Both the position numbers and the translations under genes were made by a program. The notes under the pieces are model-generated. The model was not told the DNA's origin, did no database searches, and was given only the letters and a program-made list of their open reading frames with translations. A DNA stretch of 64,000 nt. Origin: an uncultured Actinomycetes bacterium. GTDB lineage: Bacteria > Actinomycetota > CADDZG01 > WHSQ01. The DNA lies in NCBI GenBank assembly GCA_963746135.1, contig CAVUZZ010000003.1:1096294-1160293 (forward strand), given 5' to 3'. Position 1 is the first letter of the stretch. Every line of letters begins with the position of its first letter. Below, one piece after another: positions 1 through 11,142 of the stretch.

Positions 1-1009
1 GGGTCGAGATATCGAAAGTGCCGATCCTCTGTGCGGTCTCGATGATCTCCATCTTGTCCATGCCGATCAGGGGACGGAATATCTGTACGCCGGGCACGGC
101 TCCGCTGACGGTGTTGATGTTCTCGACGGTCTGCGAAGCGACCTGACCGAGGCTATCTCCGGTGATCAGTGCCTGAGCCTCTCGCTGAGCGGCAAGTGCG
201 GCGGCGATGCGCATCATCGTTCGCCGGTAGAGCACGACGCGGAGATTCGCAGGTGCATGCAGAACGATCTCTTTCTGAGCCTCACCAAGTGGGACCAGGT
301 GCAGCACCGCTTTGAGCTGAAAGCCGACGAGAACGTCGAGCAGATCCTCGACCTGTCGGATCGAGCTCGGATCCGTGTAGGGGCGCCCGTGAAAGTGCAG
401 AAACTCGACCTCGGCCCCCCTAAGCGCCATGCGCCAGGCTGCGACCGGAGAGTCGATCCCCCCCGACAACAGTGCGATCATTCGACCCGAGGTTCCAACG
501 GGGAGTCCCCCTAGACCTGGGACGCGCCTCCGGTAAACGAGGGCGGAGTTACCAAAAACTTCGATGTGCGCAGTGACCTCGGGGTCCTTTAGCCGGACGG
601 TTGCACCCGTAGCGTCCTTTATGCGCTGTCCGATGATCTCGTTGATCTCCGAGGACTTCATCGCAAACGTCGAGTGGCTGCGACGAGCGCGCACCGCGAA
701 TGACTCGAACGGCTCGGCTTCCATCAAATCGAGTGCAACCGCTCCCATCTCGTGGATGTCTTGACCGACTCGTCGCCCGATGCCTATGTTCGCGATGCCG
801 AACACACGCGAGGCGCGTTCAACGGCGTCCTCGATACGGTTGTCGGGTTTGAAATCGACAGTGATGCGTCCGAACCCCCGGCGGATCCTCTCGTATCCAG
901 TGCCGCGCAGGGCTCGCTTCAGATTGCGCGCGAGAGTGTCCTCGAAGAAGTCACGGTTTCGGCCCTTGAGGCTGATCTCGTGGTAGTGGATGACCAGAAC
1001 GCCGGCCAA
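1..1009 (-). CDS. thiI: tRNA 4-thiouridine synthase / tRNA sulfurtransferase ThiI; 3' end runs off the window
   Basis: Own minus-strand translation; absent from the ORF track because it is open at the window edge. N-terminus reads ..VLVIHYHEISLKG. PP-loop LLSGGIDSPVA lies near nt 440-470. DKMEIIETAQRIGTFDIS is at nt 1-57. Start guessed at TTG 1009. Confidence 0.85.
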   Translation of the reverse strand, partial: MAGVLVIHYHEISLKGRNRDFFEDTLARNLKRALRGTGYERIRRGFGRITVDFKPDNRIEDAVERASRVFGIANIGIGRRVGQDIHEMGAVALDLMEAEPFESFAVRARRSHSTFAMKSSEINEIIGQRIKDATGATVRLKDPEVTAHIEVFGNSALVYRRRVPGLGGLPVGTSGRMIALLSGGIDSPVAAWRMALRGAEVEFLHFHGRPYTDPSSIRQVEDLLDVLVGFQLKAVLHLVPLGEAQKEIVLHAPANLRVVLYRRTMMRIAAALAAQREAQALITGDSLGQVASQTVENINTVSGAVPGVQIFRPLIGMDKMEIIETAQRIGTFDIST

Positions 1010-1021
1010 GAATCGGCCCCC

Positions 1022-1312
1022 TTACAGGGCTTCCTCTTCCAGCCCCACTGAGAACATGGCTTCGACGTCGTGGTGGGAATAGACCTTGAAGGCCACGAGG
1101 GTCTGAGTCCTCTCGACTCCTGCCACCTTGGCGATTCCCTCGGTCACGACCCGTGCCAGCTCCTCGTGCTCGCGCACCCGGACCATGATCACGAGGTCGT
1201 AGTCGCCCGCAACTGAGTAAACCTCGCTCACCTCAGGGAGGTCTGCGATCGCCTGGGCGGTCTCTGGGACCCTGTGTATGTCGCAGGTGGCGAGGACGAC
1301 GGTGGTGACCAT
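1022..1312 (-). CDS. Stand-alone Lrp/AsnC-type ligand-binding (RAM) domain protein
   Basis: 96-aa ORF. The pattern ..VYSVAGDYDLVIMVRVREHEELARVV.. is typical of the AsnC/Lrp C-terminal domain. No HTH region is present. Confidence 0.7.
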   Translation of the reverse strand: MVTTVVLATCDIHRVPETAQAIADLPEVSEVYSVAGDYDLVIMVRVREHEELARVVTEGIAKVAGVERTQTLVAFKVYSHHDVEAMFSVGLEEEAL

Positions 1313-1408
1313 GGGGTTCAGTGTAGAGGGTGCCGCCCGCCCAGGGTGACTCCAAAAAAGCAGAATCTACGTATACGGGGCCGACGTGGAACTTCCGATG
1401 TTCATTTA

Positions 1409-2887
1409 GTGAAAGCGATCCAGCGTGAGCCGTACTTTTGGTGGTTGGTCGCCGGCATGGCCCTTGTCGGCGCCTACTTCTTGATGCCGCTCGAGGTTCA
1501 GAATCTGATGTCGCCGGTCATGTCCGTTGCCGTGGCCGGAGCCATCCTGACGAGATCCTTTCGTTTCGTCGGCAGGCTCAGGCTCGCCTGGATGCTCATC
1601 GGCGCCGCCTTCCTTCTGACCGCCGCAGGCGACATCCTTTGGGTTCTCTTCGACGTCGTGTGGGAGATAGAACCTTTCCCGTCCGTCGCCGACGTCGTCT
1701 ACCTCGCCTTCTATCCTGTGATCGCAGCAGGGCTCGTTTTGCTCCTACGGTGGCACAAGGCCGGGGACCGAGACAGCATCGTGGACGCGTTCATCGTGGC
1801 GATAGGGGCGGGTGTCTTGGCCTGGGTCTTCATCATGTCGCCCTACATCTTCGATGGCTCGATGAGCGTGATCGAGAAGCTCGTGTCCCTTGCGTATCCA
1901 GTCGGCGACCTGCTCCTTGTCGCGGTGCTCATGCGTCTCGTGTTTACCCGGGGCAAGTTCTCGATGTCGTCCACCCTGCTCATGCTCGGCATCCTTGCGA
2001 CACTCGTCGCGGACGGCGGGTTTGCCGTCACCGCACTCGAAGGCACCTATGCAACCGGACATTGGCTGGACGCTGGATGGCTGCTCAGCTCCGTGCTTGT
2101 GGGTGCCGCGGTATTGCATCCCTCCACAGCCAAGCGCGCAGCCTATGCCCTCAGCGAGGCCTCTACGCTTCCTCCGCAACGCCTCGTTCTGCTCGAGGTC
2201 GCTTCGATGATGGCGCCAGCAGTTCTCATAATCCAAGGCATGAGGGACCGTCAGGTCGACGACCTAGTCGTTGGTGCCTGCTCGGCCGTTCTGTTCTTTC
2301 TCGTTCTGTTCCGCATGACCGGACTCGTGCGCCAGGTGCAGGCTCAGGCCGCCAAGCTAGAGACGCTCAGCGACACAGACGAATTGACCGGAGCGCCGAA
2401 CCGGAGGGTGTGGTTCCGTCAAATTCCCTACGAGCTCGCCCGGGCCAAGCGCGCGGGCCGGCCGTTGAGCCTTGCGATCATCGACATCGATCACTTCAAG
2501 ACCTACAACGACACCTACGGACACCAAGAGGGCGACCGACTCCTGCAAAGCGCGGTGCACAACTGGAAGAATCAGCTCAGAGAGGGTGACCTGCTTGTTC
2601 GATTCGGCGGTGACGAGTTCATTGCTCTGCTGCCTGACTGTGGTCCCGAAAATGCGGGCCTCGCGATTGCGCGACTCAAGGCCGCAATGCCGTTCAATCA
2701 GTCGTGCACCATAGGAATTGCTTGCTTGACCGGGGATGAATCGGCCGACGACCTTCTGGCTCGCGCAGACAAAGACCTATACGAGTCGAAAGAGGAACAC
2801 GGAAAGCCCCGAGAGCGCGTCCTTGAACCCTCGAATGCAACTGCCAGAGCTCTGCGCTCGCCAACACCTTCAATCCGGACCACGTAA
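1409..2887 (+). CDS. Membrane-anchored diguanylate cyclase (GGDEF domain)
   Basis: Track ORF 1274-2887. Multiple N-terminal hydrophobic segments. C-terminal GGDEF domain (RFGGDEFIALL) with an RxxD I-site (REGD) 5 aa upstream. Start moved to in-frame GTG 1409 to avoid overlap with 1022-1312; start uncertain. Confidence 0.85.
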   Translation: MKAIQREPYFWWLVAGMALVGAYFLMPLEVQNLMSPVMSVAVAGAILTRSFRFVGRLRLAWMLIGAAFLLTAAGDILWVLFDVVWEIEPFPSVADVVYLAFYPVIAAGLVLLLRWHKAGDRDSIVDAFIVAIGAGVLAWVFIMSPYIFDGSMSVIEKLVSLAYPVGDLLLVAVLMRLVFTRGKFSMSSTLLMLGILATLVADGGFAVTALEGTYATGHWLDAGWLLSSVLVGAAVLHPSTAKRAAYALSEASTLPPQRLVLLEVASMMAPAVLIIQGMRDRQVDDLVVGACSAVLFFLVLFRMTGLVRQVQAQAAKLETLSDTDELTGAPNRRVWFRQIPYELARAKRAGRPLSLAIIDIDHFKTYNDTYGHQEGDRLLQSAVHNWKNQLREGDLLVRFGGDEFIALLPDCGPENAGLAIARLKAAMPFNQSCTIGIACLTGDESADDLLARADKDLYESKEEHGKPRERVLEPSNATARALRSPTPSIRTT

Positions 2888-2912
2888 CCTAACCGAGGCC
2901 GTTTGAGAGTTG

Positions 2913-3863
2913 CTAGATGGTAACCATGTCGCGCAGCTTGCCGGGCGTGGATGGGTGACGAAGCTTCGAGAGCGCCTTTGCCTCGATCTGCCGAATTCGC
3001 TCGCGCGTCAGGTTGAACTCCTTGCCAACTTCCTCGAGAGTTCTCGGCTCGCCGGTGATGAGGCCGAATCGCAGCGCCAGTACCTTGCGCTCGCGCTCGG
3101 AAAGTGACCCGAGCATGTTCCACAGGTCCTCCTGGCGAAGAGCCATGGCCGCCGCCTGAAATGGTCCTTCGACGTCCTCGTCCTCGATGAAGTCGCCGAG
3201 CTCGGCATCCTCGTCGCCCACGGGCTCGTGGAGCGAGACCGGCTCGGGAAGGACCCGAAATGCCTCGCGTACCTTGTCGGGGGTGAGATCGGCCATTCCG
3301 GCGATCTCCTCGATGGTGGGTTCTCGGCCTAGCTTCTCGAGAAGCTCGCTCTGGACCTTGCGAACCCGGTAGAGGGTCTCGACCATGTGCACGGGGATAC
3401 GAATCGTGCGGGCCTTGTCGGCGATGGCGCGGGTAATAGCCTGGCGAATCCACCAGGTTGCGTAAGTGGAGAACTTGAAGCCTCGCTCATAGTCGAACTT
3501 CTCTACCGCTCGCATGAGACCCAGGTTGCCCTCTTGAATGAGGTCGAGCAGCGGAAGGCCGGCGGCGCTGTACTTCTTGGCGATAGACACGACCAGTCGA
3601 AGGTTCGACTGGATGAAGCGGCGTTTGGCGGCACGACCCGCTCGGACCGTCGCGTTGAGCTCCCGGCGCTGTCTCGTCGTCGGCTTCTTGGTCTTTTCGA
3701 TTTTCTCGGCGGCGAGCTCACCGTCCTCGATCGCCTTGGCGAGCTCGACTTCCTGCACGTCCGTCAGAAGGGGATACTGGCCGATTTCGCGCAAATACTG
3801 CCGCACGAGATCTTCGTGCGCGGCCTCCTCCCTGGAGTCATACGGGCGTGTTGCCTCGCTCAT
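2913..3863 (-). CDS. Sigma-70 family RNA polymerase sigma factor, principal-like (group 1/2)
   Basis: 316-aa ORF. Region 1.2 [15 protein letters not shown]. Region 2 [32 protein letters not shown]. Region 4.2 [20 protein letters not shown]. Confidence 0.9.
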   Translation of the reverse strand: MSEATRPYDSREEAAHEDLVRQYLREIGQYPLLTDVQEVELAKAIEDGELAAEKIEKTKKPTTRQRRELNATVRAGRAAKRRFIQSNLRLVVSIAKKYSAAGLPLLDLIQEGNLGLMRAVEKFDYERGFKFSTYATWWIRQAITRAIADKARTIRIPVHMVETLYRVRKVQSELLEKLGREPTIEEIAGMADLTPDKVREAFRVLPEPVSLHEPVGDEDAELGDFIEDEDVEGPFQAAAMALRQEDLWNMLGSLSERERKVLALRFGLITGEPRTLEEVGKEFNLTRERIRQIEAKALSKLRHPSTPGKLRDMVTI

Positions 3864-4331
3864 TCAGTCACCAACCTTTTCTTATCCGCTTGTGTCGGGC
3901 CTCGACCCCTGCGGCTCTCATGTTTTTTCCCCAATTGTGAAGATCGCTCGATAGAAGCCGCGTTAATACGGAAAACAGGGGGTCTGCTGGTCTCCCTCTC
4001 CCGAAGCATGCCGGCGCTGTCGTCGTTATGGGCCGCAAAAGCGGCAAAGCCGGTCATGGGCGACTCTTCGCGAGTTTTGTAACTGTCGAAACGATTTGTC
4101 AATGCTACGCGAATCCCTTCCGCAGGGGAAGGGGTCATTTTGTTGTCCTGCAAGGACAAAAACCCTGCGAAGTTCCCTTATATTCCCCCGAACGGAGGCC
4201 CTCAATCTCTCAATCTGCTTGTGTCTCAGGACGGAAAGGCCGCCTCTGATCCGAGGGCATGGGGTCTACGAGGGTCAAGTGCCCGGGGGGCAACGCCGGC
4301 CGCGTGCGAATCCGTGGCGGGGACGTGAAAC

Positions 4332-4353
4332 GGGGGCCGGCTAGCCGGCCCCC
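4332..4353 (-). terminator. GC-rich hairpin just downstream of the SOD gene
   Basis: gggggccgg-ctag-ccggccccc perfect 9-bp stem, 22 nt past the sod stop. On the minus strand it is followed by gttt (weak T tract). Confidence 0.5.
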
Positions 4354-4375
4354 GCATAACTCGATCAGGTTGGAG

Positions 4376-4987
<612 letters not shown>

Positions 4988-5137
4988 GCCAACTCCTTTC
5001 CACTTGCAGTCGGTGGGACTTATTAGGTGTCTCCTAGAGACTACCCAAACGCTTGGAACGTCACCCACCCTGAAACCTTTCGCGCCGCCTGGCGCCGCAA
5101 GAAAAGCAACGTCTTTTCTCTTGGTTAGTCTGCACCG

Positions 5138-6933
5138 ATGGCAGACACGAAGACTCAAGTCGTAGAGGAAGCAATCTGGGACCTCGAGCCGCTGGTCGAC
5201 GGGAAGGGCCCCGCAGGGGTGGACGAGCTTTTGGACGAAGCTCAGACCAAAGGGGTCGCCCTGGCCGAGAACAAGGGTCATATCGCCGAATTCGATGGCG
5301 CACGGCTGGCCGGGTACATGAACGACCTCGCAGAGGTATACGACCTGGTCGGGCGTGCAGGCTCGTACGCCGGGCTCGCCTTCTCGGCCGATATGTCTGA
5401 TGAGAAAAGCGGCGCTCTTATGCAGAAGGTTCAGGAGCGCGCTACGGAGATCGAGACGACTCTCTTGTTCTTCCATCTCGAGTGGGCGGAGCTCTCGGAC
5501 CAGCAGGTCGACGACCTGCTCGCATTCGAAGGCTTGGACAAAGCGCGCCACTATCTACGCTCCGCGAGGCGCTATCGCGACTACCTGTTGACGGAGCCCG
5601 AGGAAAAGATCCTCAGCGAGAAAGCAGTCACGGGTGAAGCTGCTTGGGAGCGGTTGTTCGGCGAGCTGACCTCCGCCCTCGAGATCGACTTGGATGGCGA
5701 GACCGTCGGAATCGAGCACAGCGCTTAGCCAGCTACACAATCCGGAGCGCGACGTTCGCAAGCGGGCCGCCGAAGCCGTAACTAAGGGACTCGCTCCCGG
5801 GCTGAAGACGCGTGCCTTCATCTTCAACACCCTTCTGCACGAGAAAGCTGTGAATGACAGGCTGCGCGGCTACAAGCACTGGCTGCAGAGTCGCAACCTC
5901 GCCAACGAAGCGTCCGATGAATCTGTCGAGGCCCTCGTCAGCGCGGTGCGCAATCGCTACGACATTCCGCAAAGGTGGTACGCGCTCAAGGCGAAAATGA
6001 TGGGCGCTGGATCGCATCGCAGATTACGACCGCATGGCGTCGCTGGCACAGGACGACGAGAAGGTCGAGTGGGGCGATGCCAAGAGCATCGTGCAAGAGT
6101 CCTACGCGTCGTTCTCCGGTGAGATCGCCGACATTGTGCAGCAGTTCTACGACAGGAGTTGGATCGATGCTCCGGCGTCTCCCGGAAAGAGGCCGGGCGC
6201 GTTCTGCAGCTACACGGTTCCCTCGCGCAATCCTTATGTGTTGTTGAACTACACGGCTCGGCGCAGGGACGTCCTCACGCTTGCGCACGAACTCGGTCAC
6301 GGTGTGCACTCGGCGCTGGCGCGTCACCAGGGAATTTTTCACCACTCGACTCCGCTGACTGTGGCCGAGACCGCATCGGTATTCGGCGAGACAGTCGTCT
6401 TCGAACGACTTCTCGAGATGGAGGAGGAGCCCGCAGGTCGTCTTGCGCTGCTCGCGGAGAACGTCGAGGGAGGGATCGCAACCGTTTTTCGCCAGACTGC
6501 GATGAACCGGTTCGAGCACCTCGTCCACACAGCCCGGCGTGAGGAGGGCGAACTCTCTGTCGAGCGGATCAACGAGGCGTGGGCCGAGAGCCAGGTCGAG
6601 ATGCTCGGCGACTCGGTCGAGATAACCGAGGGCTACAGGACCTGGTGGTCCTACGTGCCACATTTCATCTCTACGCCGGGCTACGTTTACGCCTACTCCT
6701 ACGGTCAACTTCTGGCCCTCGCCGTCTACAAGCAGTACCAGGAGAAAGGTGAGGGCTTCGTGCCTAGCTATATCGAGATGCTGGCCGCGGGCGGATCGAT
6801 GTCGCCCGAGGAGCTCGGAAAGATCGTCGGCTGTGACCTCACCGACCCGGACTTCTGGAACGGTGGGCTCTCCATAGTTGCCGACCAACTCGACGCCACG
6901 GAGGCCGCGGCAAAAGAAGCAGGACGGTTGTGA
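5138..6933 (+). pseudogene. pepF: M3B oligoendopeptidase F, interrupted by two frameshifts
   Basis: Three successive ORFs in three frames (5138-5728, 5694-6122, 6034-6933) read as one PepF. The HELGHGVH zinc site is in the last piece. Junctions lie at about 5716-5728 (..VGIEH / ALSQLHNPERDVRKRAA) and about 6005-6012 (..KAKMMG / LDRIADYDRMASL). Confidence 0.8.
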
Positions 6934-8168
6934 CATCAGGGTCGAACCCGACCTTCGACGTCGAGGCTGTTCGAGCCAAGTTTCCCGCACTCAAACGAGA
7001 GGTCGCCGGCCGTCCCGCGGTATTCGCCGATGCTCCTGGAGGAACACAGGTCCCATTCGAGGTGATCGATGCGATGACTGGGTACCTAGAGCGGAGCAAC
7101 GCCAACCGCGGCGGTGAGTTCATCACCTCCATCGAAACTGACGAGCTCGTGGAGAGCGCCAGGTCAGCGATGGCCGCCTTCTTGAACTGCGACACGAGCG
7201 AAGTGGTGTTCGGACCCAGCATGACGACGCTTGCCTTCACGTTGTCTCGCTCGCTCGTTCGCGAGCTCAAACGGGATGACGAGATCGTCGTCACGCGCCT
7301 AGATCACGACGGCAACATCTCTCCGTGGATCACAGCCGCAGAGGACGCGGGAGCGACAGTGCGCTGGGTCGACTTCTCAAGCGATTTCCGCATCGACCTC
7401 GACTCGCTCGACAACGCACTCAGCGAGCGCACCAGAATCGTGGCATTCACGCTCGCTTCGAATGCTCTGGGAACTGTTACCGACGCCACGGCCATCACGC
7501 AGCGCGCAGCCACTGTCGGAGCTCTGACGATCGCAGACGCAGTTCACTTCGCGCCACATCGACTCATCGACGTTCGAGCTCTCGGCGTAGACATACTCTT
7601 TTGCTCTCCCTACAAGTTCTTTGGTCCCCACGCCGGCGTAATGTACGCGCGTCGCGAGCTCCTCGATTCATGGCATCCCTACAAGGTGCGGCCTTCAGTC
7701 GACGGATCACCTTGGACATGGGAGACGGGGACCGCCAATCATGAGGGCATCGCCGGTATCGGCGCGTGCGTCAACCACATCGCTCACGTCGTGCCTGGCA
7801 CCGGAAACCGCCGAGCCCGCATCGTCAATTCGATGCAGGTTGCCCATGCTCATCAGCAATCGCTGACGGACAAGTTCCTACAGGGTGTTGCTGGTATTGA
7901 TGGCGTGACTCTCTACGGCCCGGATCACACCTATCGAACGTCGACATTCGCCTTGCGGGTGCGAGGTCAACACCCCGACGAGACCGCCCGTCGGTTTGCC
8001 GACTCGGGCGTCTTTGTGTGGTCCGGCAACTACTACGCACTCGCAGTCATGGAGGCCCTCGGCCTCGAGGAGTCGGGCGGGGCAGTGCGGATTGGCTTCT
8101 GCCAGTACAGCACGGCCGATGAGGTCGACTACGTGCTGGAGACACTTGACCGGATTGCCTCCTCCTAA
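6930..8168 (+). CDS. Class V aminotransferase, cysteine desulfurase-like
   Basis: 412-aa ORF with ATGA-type overlap with the pepF stop. N-terminus FDVEAVRAKFPAL.. and PLP-lysine context CSPYKFFGPH resemble the SufS/CsdA-like family. Confidence 0.8.
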   Translation: MTSGSNPTFDVEAVRAKFPALKREVAGRPAVFADAPGGTQVPFEVIDAMTGYLERSNANRGGEFITSIETDELVESARSAMAAFLNCDTSEVVFGPSMTTLAFTLSRSLVRELKRDDEIVVTRLDHDGNISPWITAAEDAGATVRWVDFSSDFRIDLDSLDNALSERTRIVAFTLASNALGTVTDATAITQRAATVGALTIADAVHFAPHRLIDVRALGVDILFCSPYKFFGPHAGVMYARRELLDSWHPYKVRPSVDGSPWTWETGTANHEGIAGIGACVNHIAHVVPGTGNRRARIVNSMQVAHAHQQSLTDKFLQGVAGIDGVTLYGPDHTYRTSTFALRVRGQHPDETARRFADSGVFVWSGNYYALAVMEALGLEESGGAVRIGFCQYSTADEVDYVLETLDRIASS

Positions 8169-8282
8169 TCAGCGATTCGAGATCTAGGTCGGAACTTATG
8201 CTGGTCGAAGGCGAGAATCTTGTCAGGTGAAATGGAGTCGTCCATGCTTGTCGGGCGGAGGTGGGGAGTCCACGGAGTCAAG

Positions 8283-8750
8283 ATGAGTTCGCCTACGTTC
8301 TATCGCTTTCGCTCCGAATGGGAGCTCCATGCTCCACGGGCGCGCGTGTTCGAGGTCCTCAGGCAGGGTGAGAACTACGAGCGATGGTGGCCTCAGATAA
8401 AGCGGTCGGCAAGGTTGGACGACGGAAGCTACGAGCTGGTGGCGCGTTCCTTCCTGCCATATGAGTTGCACATGGTGTTGACCGAATCGGAAATCGACGA
8501 GGCAGCCGGGATCCTCGAAGCCAACCTCAATGGCGATCTTGAGGGTTTCAGCCGCTGGACGTTGTCGGAGAGCGGAGGGAAGACGATCGCCCTTTTCGAG
8601 GAGGAGGTCGTCACTCACAAGCCTCTGCTCAACACGCTGAGTCCAGTTGTCAAGCCACTGCTTCGCTACAACCACACGGTGATGATGCGCCAAGGCGAAC
8701 GCGGTCTCAGCCGCTACCTCTCCTTATCGGAGGACGGCTCCGCGAGCTAA
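8283..8750 (+). CDS. SRPBCC (START/polyketide cyclase-like) family protein
   Basis: Track ORF 8220-8750. From MSSPTFYRF.. the pattern ..VFEVLRQGENYERWWPQ.. is typical of SRPBCC proteins. Start is uncertain (8220 or 8283). Confidence 0.6.
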   Translation: MSSPTFYRFRSEWELHAPRARVFEVLRQGENYERWWPQIKRSARLDDGSYELVARSFLPYELHMVLTESEIDEAAGILEANLNGDLEGFSRWTLSESGGKTIALFEEEVVTHKPLLNTLSPVVKPLLRYNHTVMMRQGERGLSRYLSLSEDGSAS

Positions 8751-8889
8751 TCGCCAGCGTGCTGATTTTGTCCCTTTCGTGGGCTCTCAGCCAGGGTCAC
8801 CACTCCTCGGTCTGCTTGATGCCAGTGGGGTAGTTGTGATTGAAGTCAACATACGTTGATGGGGGGGACAATGTTGGAGGGGGGGAACA

Positions 8890-9885
8890 GTGTTCTTGGG
8901 TTTCGAGAAAGCTTGGCGCGCAGCAACGATTCTCACCGGTGCAGCTATTACCTTGGCGATTGCTGCGCCCGCAGTGGAAGCGAAACCGTTCGATCACCGT
9001 TTGAGGCCGGGCGCCAGAGGGTCTGATGTGAAAGCTCTTCAGGTCCGAATCGCAGGTTGGTATCCGACTCGTAAGCAGCGGATTTTCAGTGTTGATGGAA
9101 TCTATGGGAGACAAACGAAGAAAGCCGTGAGGGCCTTTGAGGCCGGCTACGGCAGGCCTGTGAACGGGGTTGCATCGCGAAAGGACTTGCGGATCCTGAA
9201 CTGGCTCCAAGACCGCAATGGTTCGACCAAGCACTTCGATTACCGCGAATTCGTTCAGAACCGGTCCTCTTCCTGCTCCTCGCGAGCGAACGCATACGCA
9301 GGAACGTTCAGCGGTGGCAGGTCGAGCCCACGGCGCGTGAGACGGAACGTCCGGAGACTGATGTGGCGTCTCGAAGCGGTTCGGAGGAAGACTGGGCGAA
9401 AGCCGATCGGCATCATCTCGGGGTTTCGCAGCGTGGCCTACAACAACTGCATCGCCGGGGCACACGCAAGCCAACACCTCTACGGAACGGCCGCGGACAA
9501 TCGAATGGCGGGAGTGGGGAACCGCAGGGGAAGAAATATCGCTAAGAGAAGTCAGATTCACGGCATCGCTTGTTATTCGTCGCTGAGCCACAACCATTTC
9601 GATCTACGTATCGATAACAAGGATCTGCGGGCGGGCAGGTTTTGGTGGTGGCCGCGGAGGGATCGTCGCGGCCGGGACCTCACCGAGGGAGGTAGTCCGT
9701 GTTGGGGCCAGGGGGGCCGGAGCGCAGGCGTCAGCAGCTCAACGATCCCTCGATTCACCACCTCCTCGGTTTTGCACGATGTGCGACACGGGGTGGCCGG
9801 CGCGGGCTCGCTCGTACCCAGTCTCAAGGAGATCGAATTGTTCGAGTTTGCCGGCGAGGGTGAAGACCTAGGGGGTCTGGACTGA
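8890..9885 (+). CDS. Secreted peptidoglycan-binding domain plus M15A-type (D-Ala-D-Ala carboxypeptidase family) metallopeptidase
   Basis: Signal-like N-terminus. PG_binding_1-like segment GSDVKALQVRIAG...DGIYGRQTKKAVRAFE. M15-like core SGFRSVAYNN..SQHLYGTAAD...HFDLR. The C-terminal ~90 aa are unrecognised. Confidence 0.65.
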   Translation: MFLGFEKAWRAATILTGAAITLAIAAPAVEAKPFDHRLRPGARGSDVKALQVRIAGWYPTRKQRIFSVDGIYGRQTKKAVRAFEAGYGRPVNGVASRKDLRILNWLQDRNGSTKHFDYREFVQNRSSSCSSRANAYAGTFSGGRSSPRRVRRNVRRLMWRLEAVRRKTGRKPIGIISGFRSVAYNNCIAGAHASQHLYGTAADNRMAGVGNRRGRNIAKRSQIHGIACYSSLSHNHFDLRIDNKDLRAGRFWWWPRRDRRGRDLTEGGSPCWGQGGRSAGVSSSTIPRFTTSSVLHDVRHGVAGAGSLVPSLKEIELFEFAGEGEDLGGLD

Positions 9886-9976
9886 ACTGTTGACGTTGCG
9901 CCGGCACCTCTGGCTCGCAGGACGCTCAACATTGCGTTCGTGGTCCAGGGGTGGCTTTGATGAACGGAAGCTACCG

Positions 9977-10834
9977 TTACCGCTCTGCTCCGGGGCCCCA
10001 GCGGTTCCACCAACGCGCCCACGGTTTAGAGGGGCGGGCCATCGCTTCCGCAACAGTCTCCTCCAGGGAGGGACATCCTCTCTCCGCGTAGCGCTCGCGT
10101 CGGCGCCGGTAAAGCCGGAGGAATAGGTCGCCCTCAGTCTGATCGTTACCGGTCACCGTCATCCGTCTGACTTCGTCCGTCACGGGAGCGTAGACGCGTT
10201 CGTACCAGTCGGCTGCGATCTCGGACGGAGGAAGAGCCCGATCTTGCTTACGCATCAAGTGATAGCCGTGGATCTGCACGCACTCGAGTAGCTCGACATA
10301 GTCGGCGGTACGAGACAGCTTGATCCGAGTCTCGGGGCGGGCCTGCGCAAGGCCGCTCGACTCCTCGAACCAGCGCTGCTGCTCGACGTGGATGATGAGC
10401 GGCATGTCGGCGTCGGCCGGCAGAGTCCAGTCGCTCCGCAACTCCGTCACCTCGGCATCGATGTACTCGATCCCCCTCCGTCGAGCGACCGCGACGCGAT
10501 GGTGACCGTCGATCACGAAATAAGCCTCACCCAGTTGGTGCACGACGATGGCCGGGAAGTCGCCGTCGGGAAACGCCTTGGAGACACTACGCATCCGCTC
10601 GCTGACGTTGTTCCGGCGGGGAGAGAATCGCCGGTCGAAGTCCCCCGCCCGACCTTCCGTCCCAACGACATGGTCCACCGGGATCGAGCGCATCCCAACG
10701 TAGTGACGGGAGAACGGCTTCAGCCGACGGATTGTCTCTTCCAGGTCAAGCAGGTCGTCCCCTTTCGAGGCCCGGCCGGTCAGAGACTTCACGATCCCTT
10801 CCTCTCTTCTCTTCCTCGCCCCCGTGCGGCTCAT
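9977..10834 (-). CDS. ParB/sulfiredoxin-like N-terminal domain protein, no ParA partner
   Basis: Track ORF 9977-10861. ParB/Srx-type core FPAIVVHQLGEAYFVIDGHHRVAVARRRG. Start uncertain. Confidence 0.65.
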   Translation of the reverse strand: MSRTGARKRREEGIVKSLTGRASKGDDLLDLEETIRRLKPFSRHYVGMRSIPVDHVVGTEGRAGDFDRRFSPRRNNVSERMRSVSKAFPDGDFPAIVVHQLGEAYFVIDGHHRVAVARRRGIEYIDAEVTELRSDWTLPADADMPLIIHVEQQRWFEESSGLAQARPETRIKLSRTADYVELLECVQIHGYHLMRKQDRALPPSEIAADWYERVYAPVTDEVRRMTVTGNDQTEGDLFLRLYRRRRERYAERGCPSLEETVAEAMARPSKPWARWWNRWGPGAER

Positions 10835-11047
10835 TGTACGCGAAGTGCAATCTCCCCACACTTGAGGCTACGAGGGTCGCCTGGCCGAAACACTGCTCCC
10901 TAGTGGGGTAGTTCGCGGGGAATCTCGTACCGAGGCGGGCGCCACTTTCGCGTCCTAAACGCGTGCGCCGCGTGCGTCCTGGGCCTATCAATCGTTGAAG
11001 GGGCTGCGGGTAGCATGACGTCTGAACCTTCAGTCTTCGGCACAATC

Positions 11048-11122
11048 GGGCGGTTAGCTCAGTGGTAGAGCACTGCGCTTACAACGCAGGGGTCGGCGGT
11101 TCGAACCCGTCACCGCCCACCA
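11048..11122 (+). tRNA. tRNA-Val, anticodon TAC, CCA encoded
   Basis: Folded by hand. Acceptor gggcggt/accgccc. Anticodon stem ctgcg/cgcag with loop cttacaa. T arm ggcgg-ttcgaac-ccgtc. Discriminator a followed by cca. Confidence 0.9.
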
Positions 11123-11142
11123 CTAAACCCGCAGGTCAGAGG

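Noticed and set aside
1274-1408. Upstream part of the GGDEF ORF (start at GTG 1274)
   Set aside because: It overlaps the 5' end of the Lrp-like gene on the other strand and reads as Gly/Arg-rich non-protein text. The hydrophobic N-terminus begins after GTG 1409.
4107-4158. Two adjacent hairpins (cccttcc-gcagg-ggaaggg and ttgtcct-gca-aggacaa) in the 512-nt region upstream of the sigma factor gene
   Set aside because: There is no T tract for a terminator on either strand, no match to an RNA family I know, and no second copy. They may be regulatory, but I cannot support a call.
4988-5551. Upstream 188-codon extension of the SOD ORF (track ORF 4376-5551, 391 aa)
   Set aside because: The extension has no protein-like text. 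It runs antisense to the pepF 5' region and overlaps it. The SOD homology starts exactly at ATG 4987.
5986-6990. Long antisense ORFs opposite well-supported genes. Examples: 5986-6990, 2698-3453, 21173-22090, 25230-26240, 27480-28199, 43741-44310, 50096-51142, 52664-53623, 54472-55638, 62609-63748.
   Set aside because: These are typical shadow ORFs of high-G+C DNA. They are Arg/Pro/Gly-rich, have no recognisable motifs, and each is fully covered by a motif-supported gene on the other strand.
8751-8889. Possible cyclic-di-AMP (ydaO-type) riboswitch upstream of the cell-wall peptidase gene
   Set aside because: The region is short and I could not find the conserved ydaO helices or motifs. The idea rested only on the known association with cell-wall hydrolase genes.
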